Shown: in pieces, positions 37,645-49,433 of the stretch
How positions within the stretch are numbered: position 1 is the first letter of the stretch
Layout of the letters: every line of letters starts with the position of its first letter
Assembly: GCA_030248215.1 (NCBI GenBank)
Contig: JASANG010000611.1
Coordinates: 558,001-622,000 of the forward strand
Direction: 5' to 3'
DNA from: Enoplolaimus lenunculus
Taxonomy: Eukaryota
Length of the DNA stretch: 64,000 nucleotides
Program-made: the position numbers and the translations under genes
The notes under the pieces: generated by a model
Database searches by the model: none
What the model saw: only the letters and a program-made list of their open reading frames with translations
Told to the model about the DNA's origin: nothing

Positions 37645-40600
37645 ATGTTGCTATACTATTTGGCGGCAATATTCAAAGGGCTACATCCAAGGGTGGATGA
37701 TGATTTTGTGGACAAGCTCAATTATCACTATACCAGTGCGATAATATTTGCCTTCGCGATCATTGTAAGGTAAAGTTTGACTTTCACTAAATCAACCCAA
37801 CTATATTTGCTTGAATACTGACCTGTAGCCAAAAAACCAGAATCAAACAACTCTGTCACCTAAAACCATCGGTTCAGCCAGAGAAGTTTTATTCTCACAT
37901 GCTTTTCGTGAAATTTTTTTATAATCTCAAAAAATATTGAATTGTTTGCGAGTCTGCTTCTACCGCTCCTCCAAGGGTTCGCTTGCCAGTCTGTGTTACT
38001 GGCCAAGGAGGGCGTTTTGGTTCAAAATTTAGATGAGGAATTGTGAATGCGGCTATGATGATTTTGCTCCAAGTATATTTGTTGTCTCCACTGCATCTGA
38101 AACGTTGGCTAGTCTGCTCTGTTGCTCTGCAGTGTAGATTACCGAAGAAATTGCGAAAGCGGCCGTGCTAACTGAATCGCTAAAAGATTTATATATTCAT
38201 TTAGATTAGATTTATGAAATAGAAAAGGTAAAATTTATTAAGAACAGACGGACTTCCTACAAGTAAACACGATAGCGTAGAATAGTGGTAAAACTTGTAC
38301 GGAAGCACAGGACATACTAGATCGAGGTAACTCTATACCGCTTATTTTATGCCCTCTCGAAATTTGACTGTATTTAAAATAGGTCAGTGTATAAAACAGG
38401 GCCGTAGCTGTAATATAACCTTATTCCTCCTAAGCCAAAAAATTAGTCTAAAACGTAAGCTTACTCCATTGCAGTCTCGCAAAAAACGTTCCGCCCGTAA
38501 TCTTTACATGTGCCTTAGAATACATATAAACGGGTGTATTTCAGCGCAAAGCAATATGTTGGTTATCCAATTCAGTGTTGGGTGCCAGCACAGTTTACGG
38601 ATGCATGGGAGCAATATACCGAAAACTACTGTTGGGTTCAAAATACGTACTACTTGCCTTTACACGACCCAATTCCGAATGAATTCACTGCCCGCAATGC
38701 ACGACAAATTGGTTATTATCAATGGGTACCGTTTGTGCTTGCACTCGAAGCGCTCATGTTTTACATTCCGTCCATTATATGGCGCGGCATGCTTCATTGG
38801 TACTCTGGTACGTTTTTCAGCATTTAGTGATATCATGACAATTTGTCGTCTTGCCCGACAACTTTTTGACCTACAACTTGTAATCTGAAATGTCGTCGAC
38901 TCGACAATTTTCCGCCCATCATTATGCATGGGTTTAGACTTTTAGGACACTTTTTGGCGACAAAATGTCGGGTGATGAATTGTCGTAATTAGCGTTTACC
39001 ATTTCAACCGCCACTTTACAATGATTATGGAAAAACTTATTTATTGTATAAATTTGAATTTTACAAAATTCATGTATAAACTTCTCTCGGTAAATTCAGA
39101 ACTGAAGAAATTGCACGTACCCGGTCAATTCTATGATTTTAAGTAATTGTTTAAGTTTCATCCATAGATAACTATAATTCCAACGTAGTATTCGTAGCAG
39201 TGAAAGCTCTAAAAATTATACGGCTGTCGCAGAGGCGGGTCCAAAAAATTTCTCACGGAGGGCGGGCTGGCAAATGATATGAAACGCAAAACACCAAATA
39301 ATTTTCTTAGGGGAAAATTGTAATGTTTTATCACAAAAAAATTCTGAGAATAAAAAATGTAATTTTTACAAAAAAATATATATCTATATATATGAGGGGT
39401 AAAATTGTGAGGTAAAGACGTCACGATTTGATCACAAAAAAATCTGACTGGGGGCGTACGCCCACCCGTCCTCCTCTGGATCGGCTAATGGGCTCTCAGG
39501 CAATTAAAACTTTATCATCAGCTCGGTTAACTGTTGAATAATGTTTGTCGCGTCATTTTGCACTGGTTGCAGAATGCACGATAGCATGAAAACGTCAAAA
39601 TTTTCGAAAAACTATTAAAGACAAAACACACGTACCTTTCAAAGTTCGTCGTGCTTTCAACGCGAATAATTCAGCAAGTTTTACTTGTTAATGTACTAAA
39701 ATGAAATTAACGAATTAAATAATACATGAACATATAACACATTCTATATATTTACCTTTTAGGAATTAATATACAAGGTTTGACTCAAATGGCTTGCGAC
39801 TGCCGAATGATGGAAGCAGAATCGCGTGTTGCTACTGTTCAAACAATTGCAGGTACAATCGAATATGCAAATGATACTAAAATCTAAACAAATACATGTT
39901 TAAGTCAAGGAGCGAACAGGTTTCTTTTGGACCTTTAGTGCATGGTTAAGATATCCTTTTTGATTGGTAATCAATGCATTTAATGGGGCAAAATCCAATA
40001 GCAATGACTGTCAAGTTTTCGTGCAAACTGTTAATAAACATTTTGTATCAATAAAAAGCTTAGATCATATTATAAATTGGAATACACATTTCATTTCAGG
40101 TCATATGGAAGATGCGCTCGAAATCCAGCGTGAAGTTGGCGAAGCGGACGGCAACCTTGCGCGTTGTTTAACATGTGGCCGCCGATGTACCGGCTATGTA
40201 ACATGCCTGTATATATTGATTAAATTTTTGTACGCTCTCAACGTGATTGGCCAATTATTTTTGCTGAATACGTTTCTTGGAACCAAAAATATTATGTATG
40301 GTTTCGATATTTTACGCAATTTACTCGACGGGCAAGAATGGGCCGAATCTGGGCACTTTCCACGTGTGACCATGTGCGACTTTGAAGTGCGTGTACTTGG
40401 AAACGTCCACCATCATACAGTCCAGTGTGTACTGATGATTAATATGTTCAACGAGAAAATATTCCTGTTTTTATGGTTTTGGTTCTTTCTGGTCGCCGTA
40501 GTTACGTTATGTTCCACTGCGCATTGGCTCATGATATCGATGTTTCCTGGGCAACGGGCTCGGTTCGTGAAAAAATACCTGAAAGCAACCGATATGGTAA

Positions 40601-40959
40601 CTGACCGGTCATCGTCGAACAAATTTGTGCTCAAATTTCTTGGATTCGACGGGGTATTTTGCCTCCGAATGGTGTCGGCACATGCTGGCGATCTAATGGC
40701 AACTGAACTGATTGTCGCGTTGTGGCACAGCTTTCACAATCGTGTCCGTAAATCGCCGGTTGAAATGTATGAACCCGGAGCGCAAATGGGGCTGTCGTCA
40801 CCGTCGAAAATTCAAGAAATGAACTTTAAAAATTGGCTCATGGGTCAAGCGGGCAAAGGAGGCGGCGGGGGTCAACCGAGCTTTGAAGGGTCCAATCCGA
40901 CACGAGGAGGAGGTCGTAAGCGACGCAAATCGGTTGATGGATATTTCAGTTTTGTATGA
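37645..40959 (+). CDS. inx-1: Innexin (gap-junction protein), INX-1 orthologue, 4 exons, 445 aa
   Basis: Exons 37645-37769 ([41 protein letters not shown]), 38545-38807 ([36 protein letters not shown]...[19 protein letters not shown]), 39763-39852 ([30 protein letters not shown]), 40100-40959 ([13 protein letters not shown]...[42 protein letters not shown]...GYFSFV*). Total 1338 nt, in frame, with GT-AG introns. Innexin signatures YYQWVP, FPRVTxCDF and [13 protein letters not shown] are present. The N- and C-termini match C. elegans INX-1 as I recall it. Confidence 0.95.
38382..38514 (-). mobile_element. Telomeric-repeat MITE family T1, internally deleted copy in inx-1 intron 1
   Basis: Both TIRs are retained (GGTCAGTGTATAAAACAGGGCCG / CGTTCCGCCCGTAATCTTTACATGTGCC) but only about one GCCTAA-like unit remains. 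Confidence 0.75.
39230..39490 (+). mobile_element. hAT-like MITE (CAGxGGCGGxTCC family) in inx-1 intron 2; relatives at 20133-20321 and ~35685-35960 (reverse)
   Basis: Shares CCAAAAAATTT..GGCGGGC.GGCAA and CTGGGGGCGTACGCCC motifs with 20133-20321; TSD GGCTGTCG/GGCTCTCA (6/8). Confidence 0.7.
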
Positions 40960-42105
40960 GTGCAACAACAACAGCAATAGAAACTATCTGTGTGGTCGAT
41001 TTTGTCTTATTCGGTGTGTTTAGTTGCTAACGACTTGGTGCTATAGTGTTCTCACCAGCGAAAAAAATTCGCGTAACGCGTTTCTTGTACTATGAAAGGG
41101 TCCAGGCTCTTTCACGAAATGCAGATATTTAAAATTTACTATGCTAAGGTAATTTACTTCAAATATGGTAATCGGAAATGCAGACTAATTGAAAATAGCA
41201 AAATCGACCTAATGTAGCCAAGGTAGCTTTCCTGGCTTTCATGTGTCAGTCAGGGATTATTGCTTTGAACGTAAAACCATCTTTCGATTTTGAAACATTT
41301 GTTTTGATATGTCAAAAATTTCGGCATAACCGTTAATTGCAGTCTATTTCAAAAATGCACCGTGCATGGCTTGCAACGGTTTGAAATGCTACTTGGGTTT
41401 TTATGCAACTATTTAAATGCTCGCTTCATAATGCAAAGGGTTGATTCATAATACAAAGGGTGTTCGCTTTGTGCAAGAAGCAATGATTGTTGGACTCGGC
41501 ATTATACCCAGTTTTCTGCAATTTCTACTCTGCTTGTTTCCATCACGCCTAGTGCATACCGAAGGTATGTTGAAAAAGAAACCAATTATTAACTGCTTAT
41601 CTGCATTTAACCCCTGGTGATTCTAGTCAGCAACAGCTTGAATTGCATTCGTCTCCAGTACGGAAGACCTTTGTATATTCAGCTCCGCTATAAACGTTAT
41701 AACCATTTGAGAACTTGGACAATGATCGAAGCTCATTTATGGAGCTCTGTCTTCTCGGTTGTACACGAAACCGGTTTGTGTTCCCAATTGAAAAGCTCAA
41801 CATTGATACTCGCCGAATGTTTTCACAATTTGTCACTCACCTGTTAGTTTTAAATTTGTATATTTGACATATAATTGAGGTATATGCAATCATTTTTCAG
41901 CTAATTCGCATATAGGTGCAGGGTTTAATAGGACATCCGTTTCCGGTAGAAATTCATGTCTGATTTCGTTTCCCTTTCCGTTATAGAAATATTGGAGATT
42001 CCGTTATTTGGCTGTCAGTTGTAAATCAGATTTATGAATCGTGCCATTGTTTATTACATATGCCCAAGCCCAATTGTTTGATTTGAAATATAAATAACAA
42101 AATTC

Positions 42106-42307
42106 GGCCAGTGTAAAGAACAGGGGCGGAATATAAGCATATTCCTAATCCTAATCCTAAGCCTAAGCCTAAGCGTAAGAATGAGCATCTTCGAAAGCCT
42201 AAGCCTAAGCTTACGACTAAGCCAAGCAAAAAAATCAGTCTAAAGCTTAAGCTTACTCTTTTCTAGTCCAACAGAAAAACGTTCTGCCCCTGATCTTTAC
42301 ATGGGCC
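42106..42307 (-). mobile_element. MITE with 26-bp TIRs carrying an internal TTAGGC telomeric array (best-preserved copy of family T1)
   Basis: Left end GGCCAGTGTAAAGAACAGGGGCGGAA versus reverse complement of right end GGCCCATGTAAAGATCAGGGGCAGAA: 22/26 identical. Internal (GCCTAA)n runs are interrupted by the conserved spacer GCGTAAGAATGAGC. Confidence 0.85.
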
Positions 42308-42408
42308 CAAAACTGATCCAAACTTTTACAAAAATTTGGTGCATAAGCTAGTTTTACTTAAAATTATGAAAAGACGGGTTATTCTTCGCATGATTCAATT
42401 GTACTAAC

Positions 42409-42800
42409 CAGGGTGTAACCGGATATCCGTTAACCTTTCCTGTTCCGGTAAAAATCGGTATCCGTTTCTTATTCCATTATGAAAATACTGAAAATGTGTT
42501 TCTTTTTACGTTCAAAATTGTTATAAATTACGTCTCGCAATTTTATTACTTGTGGTGCAATTGCCCGAACTGGAACAAAAATTATTATATTCATCCATAT
42601 TAAAAATTTCGGTGCATCCGCTAATTTTTCTTCAAAATTTTAGAAAGCATGGTGAACATTTGCACATCTCAATTGTTGGCAGAAAAATAAAGTTTAATTG
42701 AAATTTATATACTTCAATATCCGTTTTCCGTTTCCGTTTAGGTTATTTCGATCACTATTCGTTACCGTTTCCGTTATTTTTACTATCCGTTTACACCCTG
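42409..42800 (+). mobile_element. hAT-like MITE (CAGGGTGTAACCGGATA TIR)
   Basis: CAGGGTGTAACCGGATA / TATCCGTTTACACCCTG termini; 8-bp TSD GTACTAAC/GTACTGAC. Confidence 0.85.
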
Positions 42801-43211
42801 GTACTGACAGAAAGATAAAACATCTTTGAAAATTTTCAATATCCCTTTTCTACAACAGAAAGAGAAAACAAATATTGAAGAATAAAAGGTTGAAACGTTT
42901 TATTTTTCTTCTAACACAATTTTGACGCGCAGATATTGTAAAGTTTTAAAGAAAAAATAGCGGATGTACCGACACTTGTAAAACTTTGGATGAATTTGGT
43001 AGTTTTCATTTCATATCGAACAATTGCTACATATCTGTAATAAAAAATTGCGATTTATAAACGTGATTTATAACTAATTTTGAGCACAGAAATAGAAATT
43101 TCAGAATTTCTATAACGTAAACGGACATCGAGTTTTACCGCATATGGATATCTCGTTACACCATGATATACAATAAAGTTTTTTGTTTTTAAAATAACGC
43201 AGGGTACAACT

Positions 43212-43517
43212 CAGGGTGTAAACGGATAGTAAAAATAACCAAAAACGAGAACGGATATTGAAGTATAAAAGCTTCGAAGATGTTTTCTTTTCTGCCAACA
43301 AAATTATGGCGTGCAAATATTCACCAGGCTTTCTAAAAAATAAAAAAATGGCGGATGCATGAAATATTTTAAGATTTTGGATGAATTTTGTAATTTTTCG
43401 TTCATTTCGAACAATTGCAACATATCTGTAATGAAAAATTACGATATATATACAACGAGAATTTCGAAATTTGCAGTATTTATAACGGACTGGAAACGGC
43501 TATCCGGTTACACCCTG
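43212..43517 (-). mobile_element. hAT-like MITE (CAGGGTGTAA TIR); partial relatives at ~24960-25229, ~42820-43164 and ~47980-48230
   Basis: CAGGGTGTAAACGGATA / TATCCGGTTACACCCTG termini; 8-bp TSD GTACAACT/GTACAGCT. Confidence 0.85.
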
Positions 43518-44739
43518 GTACAGCTGGCATCTTCGGTGTGCGTCGCTTCAAATTTAGTATCGTTTTGATGAATAAACTGGTGGGATTTCTTAAAATAAGC
43601 CTAAAACCAAAATTTGTGGTAACACTTTGCAGATTCTTGCTAAAATTAGCAAATGAAACATTTGTCTAAAATTGCATCAATTGCGGATACGGCTGCGGCA
43701 AGTTTTGTTGACCAAAGGCTCCGGTATTTATCTCCGGTTGTACCCTGAAGACCACAATGTATTCCGGTTCCGTTACTTGCCTTAGGTGTTAAATTTTAGC
43801 TTATCCAGAAGGTGTACAACCACATAGACTTCGGGTTAAGTACACTTGCAAATGGTAACAAACAGCAGAGAAGAGAGGCAACGATACCTTATGTCTCAGT
43901 GTTGTATATATTATCCCGCACTGCCATATCGTATTTAAATATGTCAAGGATTACCAGGATTATGGATTTTCGCAAAAACACAAAATTTCCGCAAATCTCA
44001 TTTAACCATTTCTCGTGAATATTTTTCATCCTATCTCAAATCTATAATTTCAAATTAGGATTCGAAGTAAACTTACTTTCAGCAGGGAAACGTCTATATA
44101 TCATTACAACTGACATATGGGAGCTTGGCACTCTGGCATCTTGTGGATATTTTGTACTGCGCATACACGTAGTAAACAATTTCATAGAAAATATACGCTT
44201 TCCTTAAATCTGTCCTTAAAACGGTCCAATATATTTAAATTAGCCAATATAATGAATAAGTATCTCTGATATCAAGTTTAGAAACCAAAACAAAATGAGC
44301 TTTTGGTAACCTTGTTGTTGGCGTCTGTTTGATTAATTGTACTTTAGCTTTTAGATAATGTTAGATTTTTGAAACTAAATAAAAACACTAATGAAAAACA
44401 ACCATGAACGCCGGTTTATTCTAAAACGTTCCGTGAGTTTGTAATTAACAATTTTTTATATAATATATCTCAAGTTTTACCCATGAAAACCTTGTGTCGA
44501 ATACGCACCGCCAAGTAATAAATTTATTACCTTTACAAGCAACAACACCTACAAAATTTAATTACGAATATCCAGATATCGGGATAAATATAAGGCAAGT
44601 AATGCCGGAAATCCGGATATGAAAAAATGTCCGATGCCCATCACTAGTTTCAATACTTTCACGAAGTCGATTGACTTCTGCTTCGACTTCAAAATTGTGT
44701 TCCTACATTCAAACATTTTAAGCACAATTTTCAAGATTT

Positions 44740-46741
44740 TTAATCAGCATTTCTACGTTTTTTCTTGACGCCAGCCTTCTTTTTCTGTATTCGTTTCGAT
44801 TTTTTAATCCCTTGATATCTTTCTTCGATCCTTTTTTCACGCTTAGCATTGCGTTCAGCGGCTCGTTGTTGTTTGAACGTTTTATAATTTATATTACGGT
44901 TTTTTGGGGGTCGTGCTTCTAGGGCAACTGCGAGTGCAACCTGCGCTTCGTGTCGGTCAGCGCCCGGTTTTGAATGCTCAATTGCGTATTTTTTAATCTA
45001 TAATGTTAAATGATCAATTGCAGTGAGCAGTTGGCTGATGTTAAAGTGACATATTTGGTTTGTTTCTGCAACCTCTCGCTGTCATACTTCGCTACTCTAG
45101 GGATACTTTAAACCTTTGCTTAAATCTCTACTGCATAAACAATTTCAGCAGTAAGAGTATATGTCATAGCTCAAGCCGTAATTGAGCCCAATTCCGAATT
45201 GGGCTAGACAAATTCCGTCTTTTACTAGCCCAAGTCATAACTCCACTTTGGACTAGACCAATTCGGAATTGGGTTGAATTACGAGCTGGGCTGCGATATA
45301 TAATAAAATATTAAGGGTAATTTAAAGCTGAGCTCAGAAAACCTCAATCTATGATCACGTCTTGGACACATCTTCGGTTGTAAATTAGAGCATTTGGTTG
45401 AGCTTAAGTCTCTTATCATTGATTCTTACACTGGCCCATGAAAAGATTAACGGCAGTACATTTTGCTATGGGACTGCATAAGAGTAAGCTTAAGCGACAG
45501 ACTAATTTTTTCACGTATGCTTAGACTTGCGTACAAGCTCATTCTTACGCATAGGCTTAGGCTTAAGCTTAGGAATATGCTTACAATACTGTTACGGCCC
45601 TGTTCTAAACGCTGGCCCTTACACTTTATGTGTGAAAAATCAGGCATATTTGTCTACACCATTTTTATCAAATAAAATCTAAAACTTTAGACTTTTAAGT
45701 CTGAAATATTTAAGATCCATATTTCTGAAAAATTGCACAGTGTGTACCAATCATGTCAACTACATAACGCTTTTTCTCTGTTCAAAATGCGTTAATCTTG
45801 AGGTGGAAAATGGAAAATAGCATTTTGCAATATATAGTAGCTATTCAATTGACGTCCTATACTTAGAATTCTGACAGATGTTGTTTAAAGGCGAAGCATT
45901 CAAAATAGCTGTTATATTTTTGATACGATTACTCTACCTCAAACATGGCCGTTTTCTTATCAATCAGCTGAGAATCAGATACATCATTTTGTGATCTGCG
46001 AGTTGAAGACTTTTTCGAAGATTTCTTTGCCATCACGTCCGTCGCAGTGCATTCTGAAGGAACATCGACTACAATCTCTTCTATTACCTCGTCTTGCTTC
46101 TCGCAGAACTGATTTAAATTGTCTAGAAAAATACATTATAATGAACTTCATATCCAAGTGTTAAACATACAGCATAACAACGAAAAGATATTTTTATTGT
46201 AAGCAATGTGTGCAACAGTTGGTGTCAAACCATTGCCGGTACGGTTTTTCCGCTAAGCAGCATTGAAGAATAAAAAACTTTCCAACTTGATCGCCAACAC
46301 TAAGTACTGCAGTGACCTGAATAAGAGAGGGACCCCATAGAGTTCATAAGGACAACAAAAATGCTTCGGAACACGGCAGTCGTGCTCAAAAAGAAAAAAT
46401 ATAAAATAGAATGGTGTTGTGGCCAACTAACATAGGGTTAATTAAAGATAAATTACATTCGTAACCGAATAACAGGCGGTACCCTTTGGAGAGGCAAAAT
46501 TATATCAAAATTTAGGCTTAAGCTTGAACTTTGTAAAGGCTTAGACTTAGGCTTGCTTAAGTAAGCATTTCCTGAGTCTTAGCGCAAACATGAGAAAATA
46601 TACATGAGCCGTACTTATGCTCCACTTACCATAGCATTTCTGTCCTGCAACTTCAGCTACTAGTTGATTGAAATTTTTATTTGGTTCCAGCGATATGCCT
46701 GGCTCGAACATGTCGCTTACGTTACGGAACCAAGATGCCAT
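44740..46741 (-). CDS. C1orf131/FSAF1-like (DUF4602) small-subunit processome assembly factor, 3 exons, 184 aa
   Basis: Exons 46741-46630 (MASWFRNVSDMFEPGISLEPNKNFNQLVAEVAGQKCY, donor GTAAGT), 46122-45938 (DNLNQFCEKQDEVIEEIVV...DSQLIDKKTAMFE), 44997-44740 (IKKYAIEHSKPGADRHEAQVALAVALEARPPKNRNINYKTFKQQRAAERNAKREKRIEERYQGIKKSKRIQKKKAGVKKKRRNAD*). Total 555 nt, in frame. The motif D-x-K-x-A-x-x-E-I-x-K...A-x-x-L-x-A-R-P-P-K-N-x-x-I-N-Y-K followed by a Lys-rich tail resembles the DUF4602 core (LGAKPPK..VNYK) as recalled. Confidence 0.75.
45160..45300. repeat. Foldback element in intron 2 of the C1orf131-like gene
   Basis: CGTAATTGAGCCCAATTCCGAATTGGGCTAG pairs with CTAGACCAATTCGGAATTGGGTTGAATTACG. 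Confidence 0.75.
45433..45617 (+). mobile_element. Telomeric-repeat MITE family T1, in intron 2 of the C1orf131-like gene
   Basis: GGCCCATGAAAAGATT...CATTCTTACGCATAGGCTTAGGCTTAAGCTTAGGAATATGC...GGCCCTGTTCTAAACGCTGGCC. Confidence 0.8.
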
Positions 46742-46777
46742 TGTAGGTGATGTTGGCAATTGTCACAGAAAACTAAT

Positions 46778-46786
46778 CTGAACAAA
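46778..46786 (-). promoter_or_regulatory. Candidate trans-splice (SL) or 5'-UTR splice acceptor of the C1orf131-like gene
   Basis: TTTGTTCAG ends 36 nt upstream of the ATG at 46741. An in-frame TGA lies between them, so this is not a coding-exon acceptor. Confidence 0.4.
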
Positions 46787-47015
46787 CACTAAAGTTGCTT
46801 AATCGCAAATCTGATAGCTTTACTTTAACCTATCGCACATCAATATTCGCTTATTACGTATGAGAACTAATGACAAACAGGAATTCGGATCGCAGCCGCA
46901 CGGATTGGAGGCGTTTACCTTCACCACTCCGCTATAGGAGCTTGACGCTTGAGCTCGAATAGGAGTCTCTCACGCCTTGTAAAGATTTTACATTGCGCAT
47001 ACACATAGTAACTGC

Positions 47016-47209
47016 GGCCCATGTTAATTTAAGGGGCATCCAGTTTTCTGACGGCTCTAAAAGAGTAGGTTTAGATTCTAGATTATATTTTTTGCTTAGG
47101 CTTAGGCTTAGGCTTAAGCGTAGGGTTATGAACACATTTTTGCAACGCTTAGGCTTAGGCTTAGTAATACGCTTAATTTACTGTTACTCCATTCAAAGTA
47201 ATATTGGCC
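47016..47209 (+). mobile_element. Telomeric-repeat MITE, subfamily T1b
   Basis: GGCCCATGTTAATTTAAGGGGCATCCAG...(GCTTAG)3-4...CATTTTTGCAACGCTTAGGCTTAGGCTTAG...TATTGGCC. Confidence 0.8.
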
Positions 47210-48863
47210 GTAATTGTTATACACTGCGCAATAGGCATTAATTCATGTCTTCTTGGTCTAGCTAGCTACCCGCGGTCTACTCTATGTGAGAAAGTATAAC
47301 TTCTTTTGTTCATAGTTCTTTTTTTATAGTTACTATTCATAACAAGATTTTAATGTTTCAATTTAGGTAAGTGACCATATAAATTAGCAAAAGAAGTTCC
47401 CGAGTACAAACTCACAATTTAAAATGATTCGCTCTTGTACATTGACTTACCCACCAGGGCGCAACCGGAGGTGAGAAATGCCCGAGGCAAAACCGGAGGT
47501 CAACAAAATTTGCCGGAGATGGAAGTGACGAGAGATTAGATAGTTAAGATGAAGTTTAGTTTGCCAGCTTTACGAACCATTTGTAAGGTGCTTACTTCGA
47601 CAAAATCTCGGTATTTTCAAGCCAAACCGAAACGCACCATCGAATTATTCTAAAACAAGGCCCTGCAGTAGAGTACGCTAAAGCTATAGACTAATTTTTT
47701 GCTTAGGCTTAGGTATAAGCGCATTCCTGCGCTTGCTTAGAAATGGTTGAAGTGAACTACGAGATCGTAATACCGGAACAAGTAAACAAGTTTGGTCGAA
47801 TTCGCGGATGACGCTATATCCGGTAAAGCATAAGATTGAATTTGTTAATTTTAACAATAGTCTACAAAATTTAAGGTTTGTTTTCAGCTTTGGTTTTGAG
47901 AACTCTCACAATTAACAAAATTTCCCCAACATAGCAATAAAACTCACAAGTCATATTTAGTACAAACAAAAATTTAATTATCGAAAATTTCACAATTTTT
48001 CATTACAGATAGCCTGCCATTGTTCGAAATGAAAAAAATTTACAAAATTCATCCAAAATCTTAAAATTTTCGACGCATCCGCCATTTTTCCTTAAAATTT
48101 TTTGAAAGATCGGTGACGCCTCAATGTGTTGGCAGAAAAATAAAACATTTCGAAAATTTTTATGCTCCAATATCCCTTTTCTTTTAATCACAATCCGTTT
48201 TCGTTATTTTTGCTATCAGTTTATGCGGGACTCACGTTATAACCGGGCCAGGCGGGACACGGTTTGTCCCATGTTGATTCGACGTCAACGTTAAAAGTCG
48301 AGAAGTATCGGGTGAACAGACAAGACTCGAATGTCATATATATGACATTTACTTACAAACCACAACTCTCAGAATATCAGTGAACAACAGTCGTATGTCA
48401 CGTGATACTGAGGGACACTTATATGCGAATATCTATGATATTCCAAATTTACAACGAGGTGACCTACAGATGATAACAGACAAATACGACTTTTTGAATA
48501 TAATATAGTCTATTAGCAGACAAAATGTTACCCAGTAGGCTATTAGGGACAAAACGGGTAACAAGCTGCCCCGGTTATAACGTGAACCCCGCATTACATC
48601 GTTTAGCAGTGAGTTTGGTCTTAACTTCTGGTGCAATTTTCAGGCGATAAATAGACCGTCTTTAAAATAAGCCTAAACCAAATTTTTTTAACGGGCAAGT
48701 TAGACATTGGTTTAACTACATACTTAAGTTCGTTTCATTTCTGGCTTTGGCAAATCCTTCCAAGCTCCGGTTCCGGGATATATAACATCCGGTTGCACCT
48801 TGCACAATACCTAACAATTCTAAGGCTTAAACAAATTCACACTCGAAAACAACGAATACAAAC

Positions 48864-48869
48864 TTTATT
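48864..48869 (-). promoter_or_regulatory. Candidate poly(A) signal for TMCO1
   Basis: AATAAA on minus ~570 nt after the stop, followed by GT-rich sequence (GTTTGTATTCGTTGTTTT). Confidence 0.35.
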
Positions 48870-49059
48870 AAGAAAGCTATTAACAACGACGATACACATA
48901 TATACTTATATAAATATACACGGCATAAAACAAAAATATCAATGTCAATTGTTTACATAATTGATTGGGTTTAATTTTTGTAAAACAGCTTACAATCTGC
49001 TTTCTACAGTAATTTCAAAAATTGGATTTTAATGCTTCAAACAGAAAAATGAGCAACCG

Positions 49060-49214
49060 GGTAGATTAAGCGTATTCCTAAGCTCAGCCTAAGCCTAAGC
49101 GTTGCAAAAATGTATTCCTAAGCCTAAGCCTAAGCAAAAAATGTAATTTAGAATCTAAACATACTCTTTAATAGACCCACCAGAAAGCTGGACGCCCTTA
49201 AAGTAACATGGGCC
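49060..49214 (-). mobile_element. Telomeric-repeat MITE, subfamily T1b (inverted relative to the 47016 copy)
   Basis: Its reverse complement aligns with 47016-47180, including the diagnostic CATTTTTGCAACG spacer and the GGCCCATGTTA end. Confidence 0.8.
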
Positions 49215-49433
49215 AGCAACCGCATGGAGCGGAGCAGGAAGCCTGATGACGACAACTGAATAGAGGAATCGGAAGCGGCAAGGGTCAGCATATTTTTAAA
49301 ACCAATACTTTGTAGTAACATTTATATATTAATGCTAAAATTGTGTTTGGCTTCTCGCTCGTGATGCTTCTTCTACTATTCCGTCGATTAAACAAGTCAT
49401 GTTATATGATTGAGTTTGTGACAACGAATCAAT

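Noticed and set aside
38349..38888. 179-aa ORF overlapping inx-1 exon 2
   Set aside because: Alternative frame spanning MITE and intron sequence; no protein-like features.
39964..40099. N-terminal 45 aa of the 331-aa ORF as innexin sequence
   Set aside because: Intron 3 read-through; homology starts after the TTTCAG acceptor at 40100.
47090..47165. True telomere or telomere-addition junction
   Set aside because: Arrays are short, degenerate, internal and enclosed by MITE TIRs. The LRLRL/LGLGL ORFs (e.g. 42032, 46993, 29676) are just translations of these hexamers.
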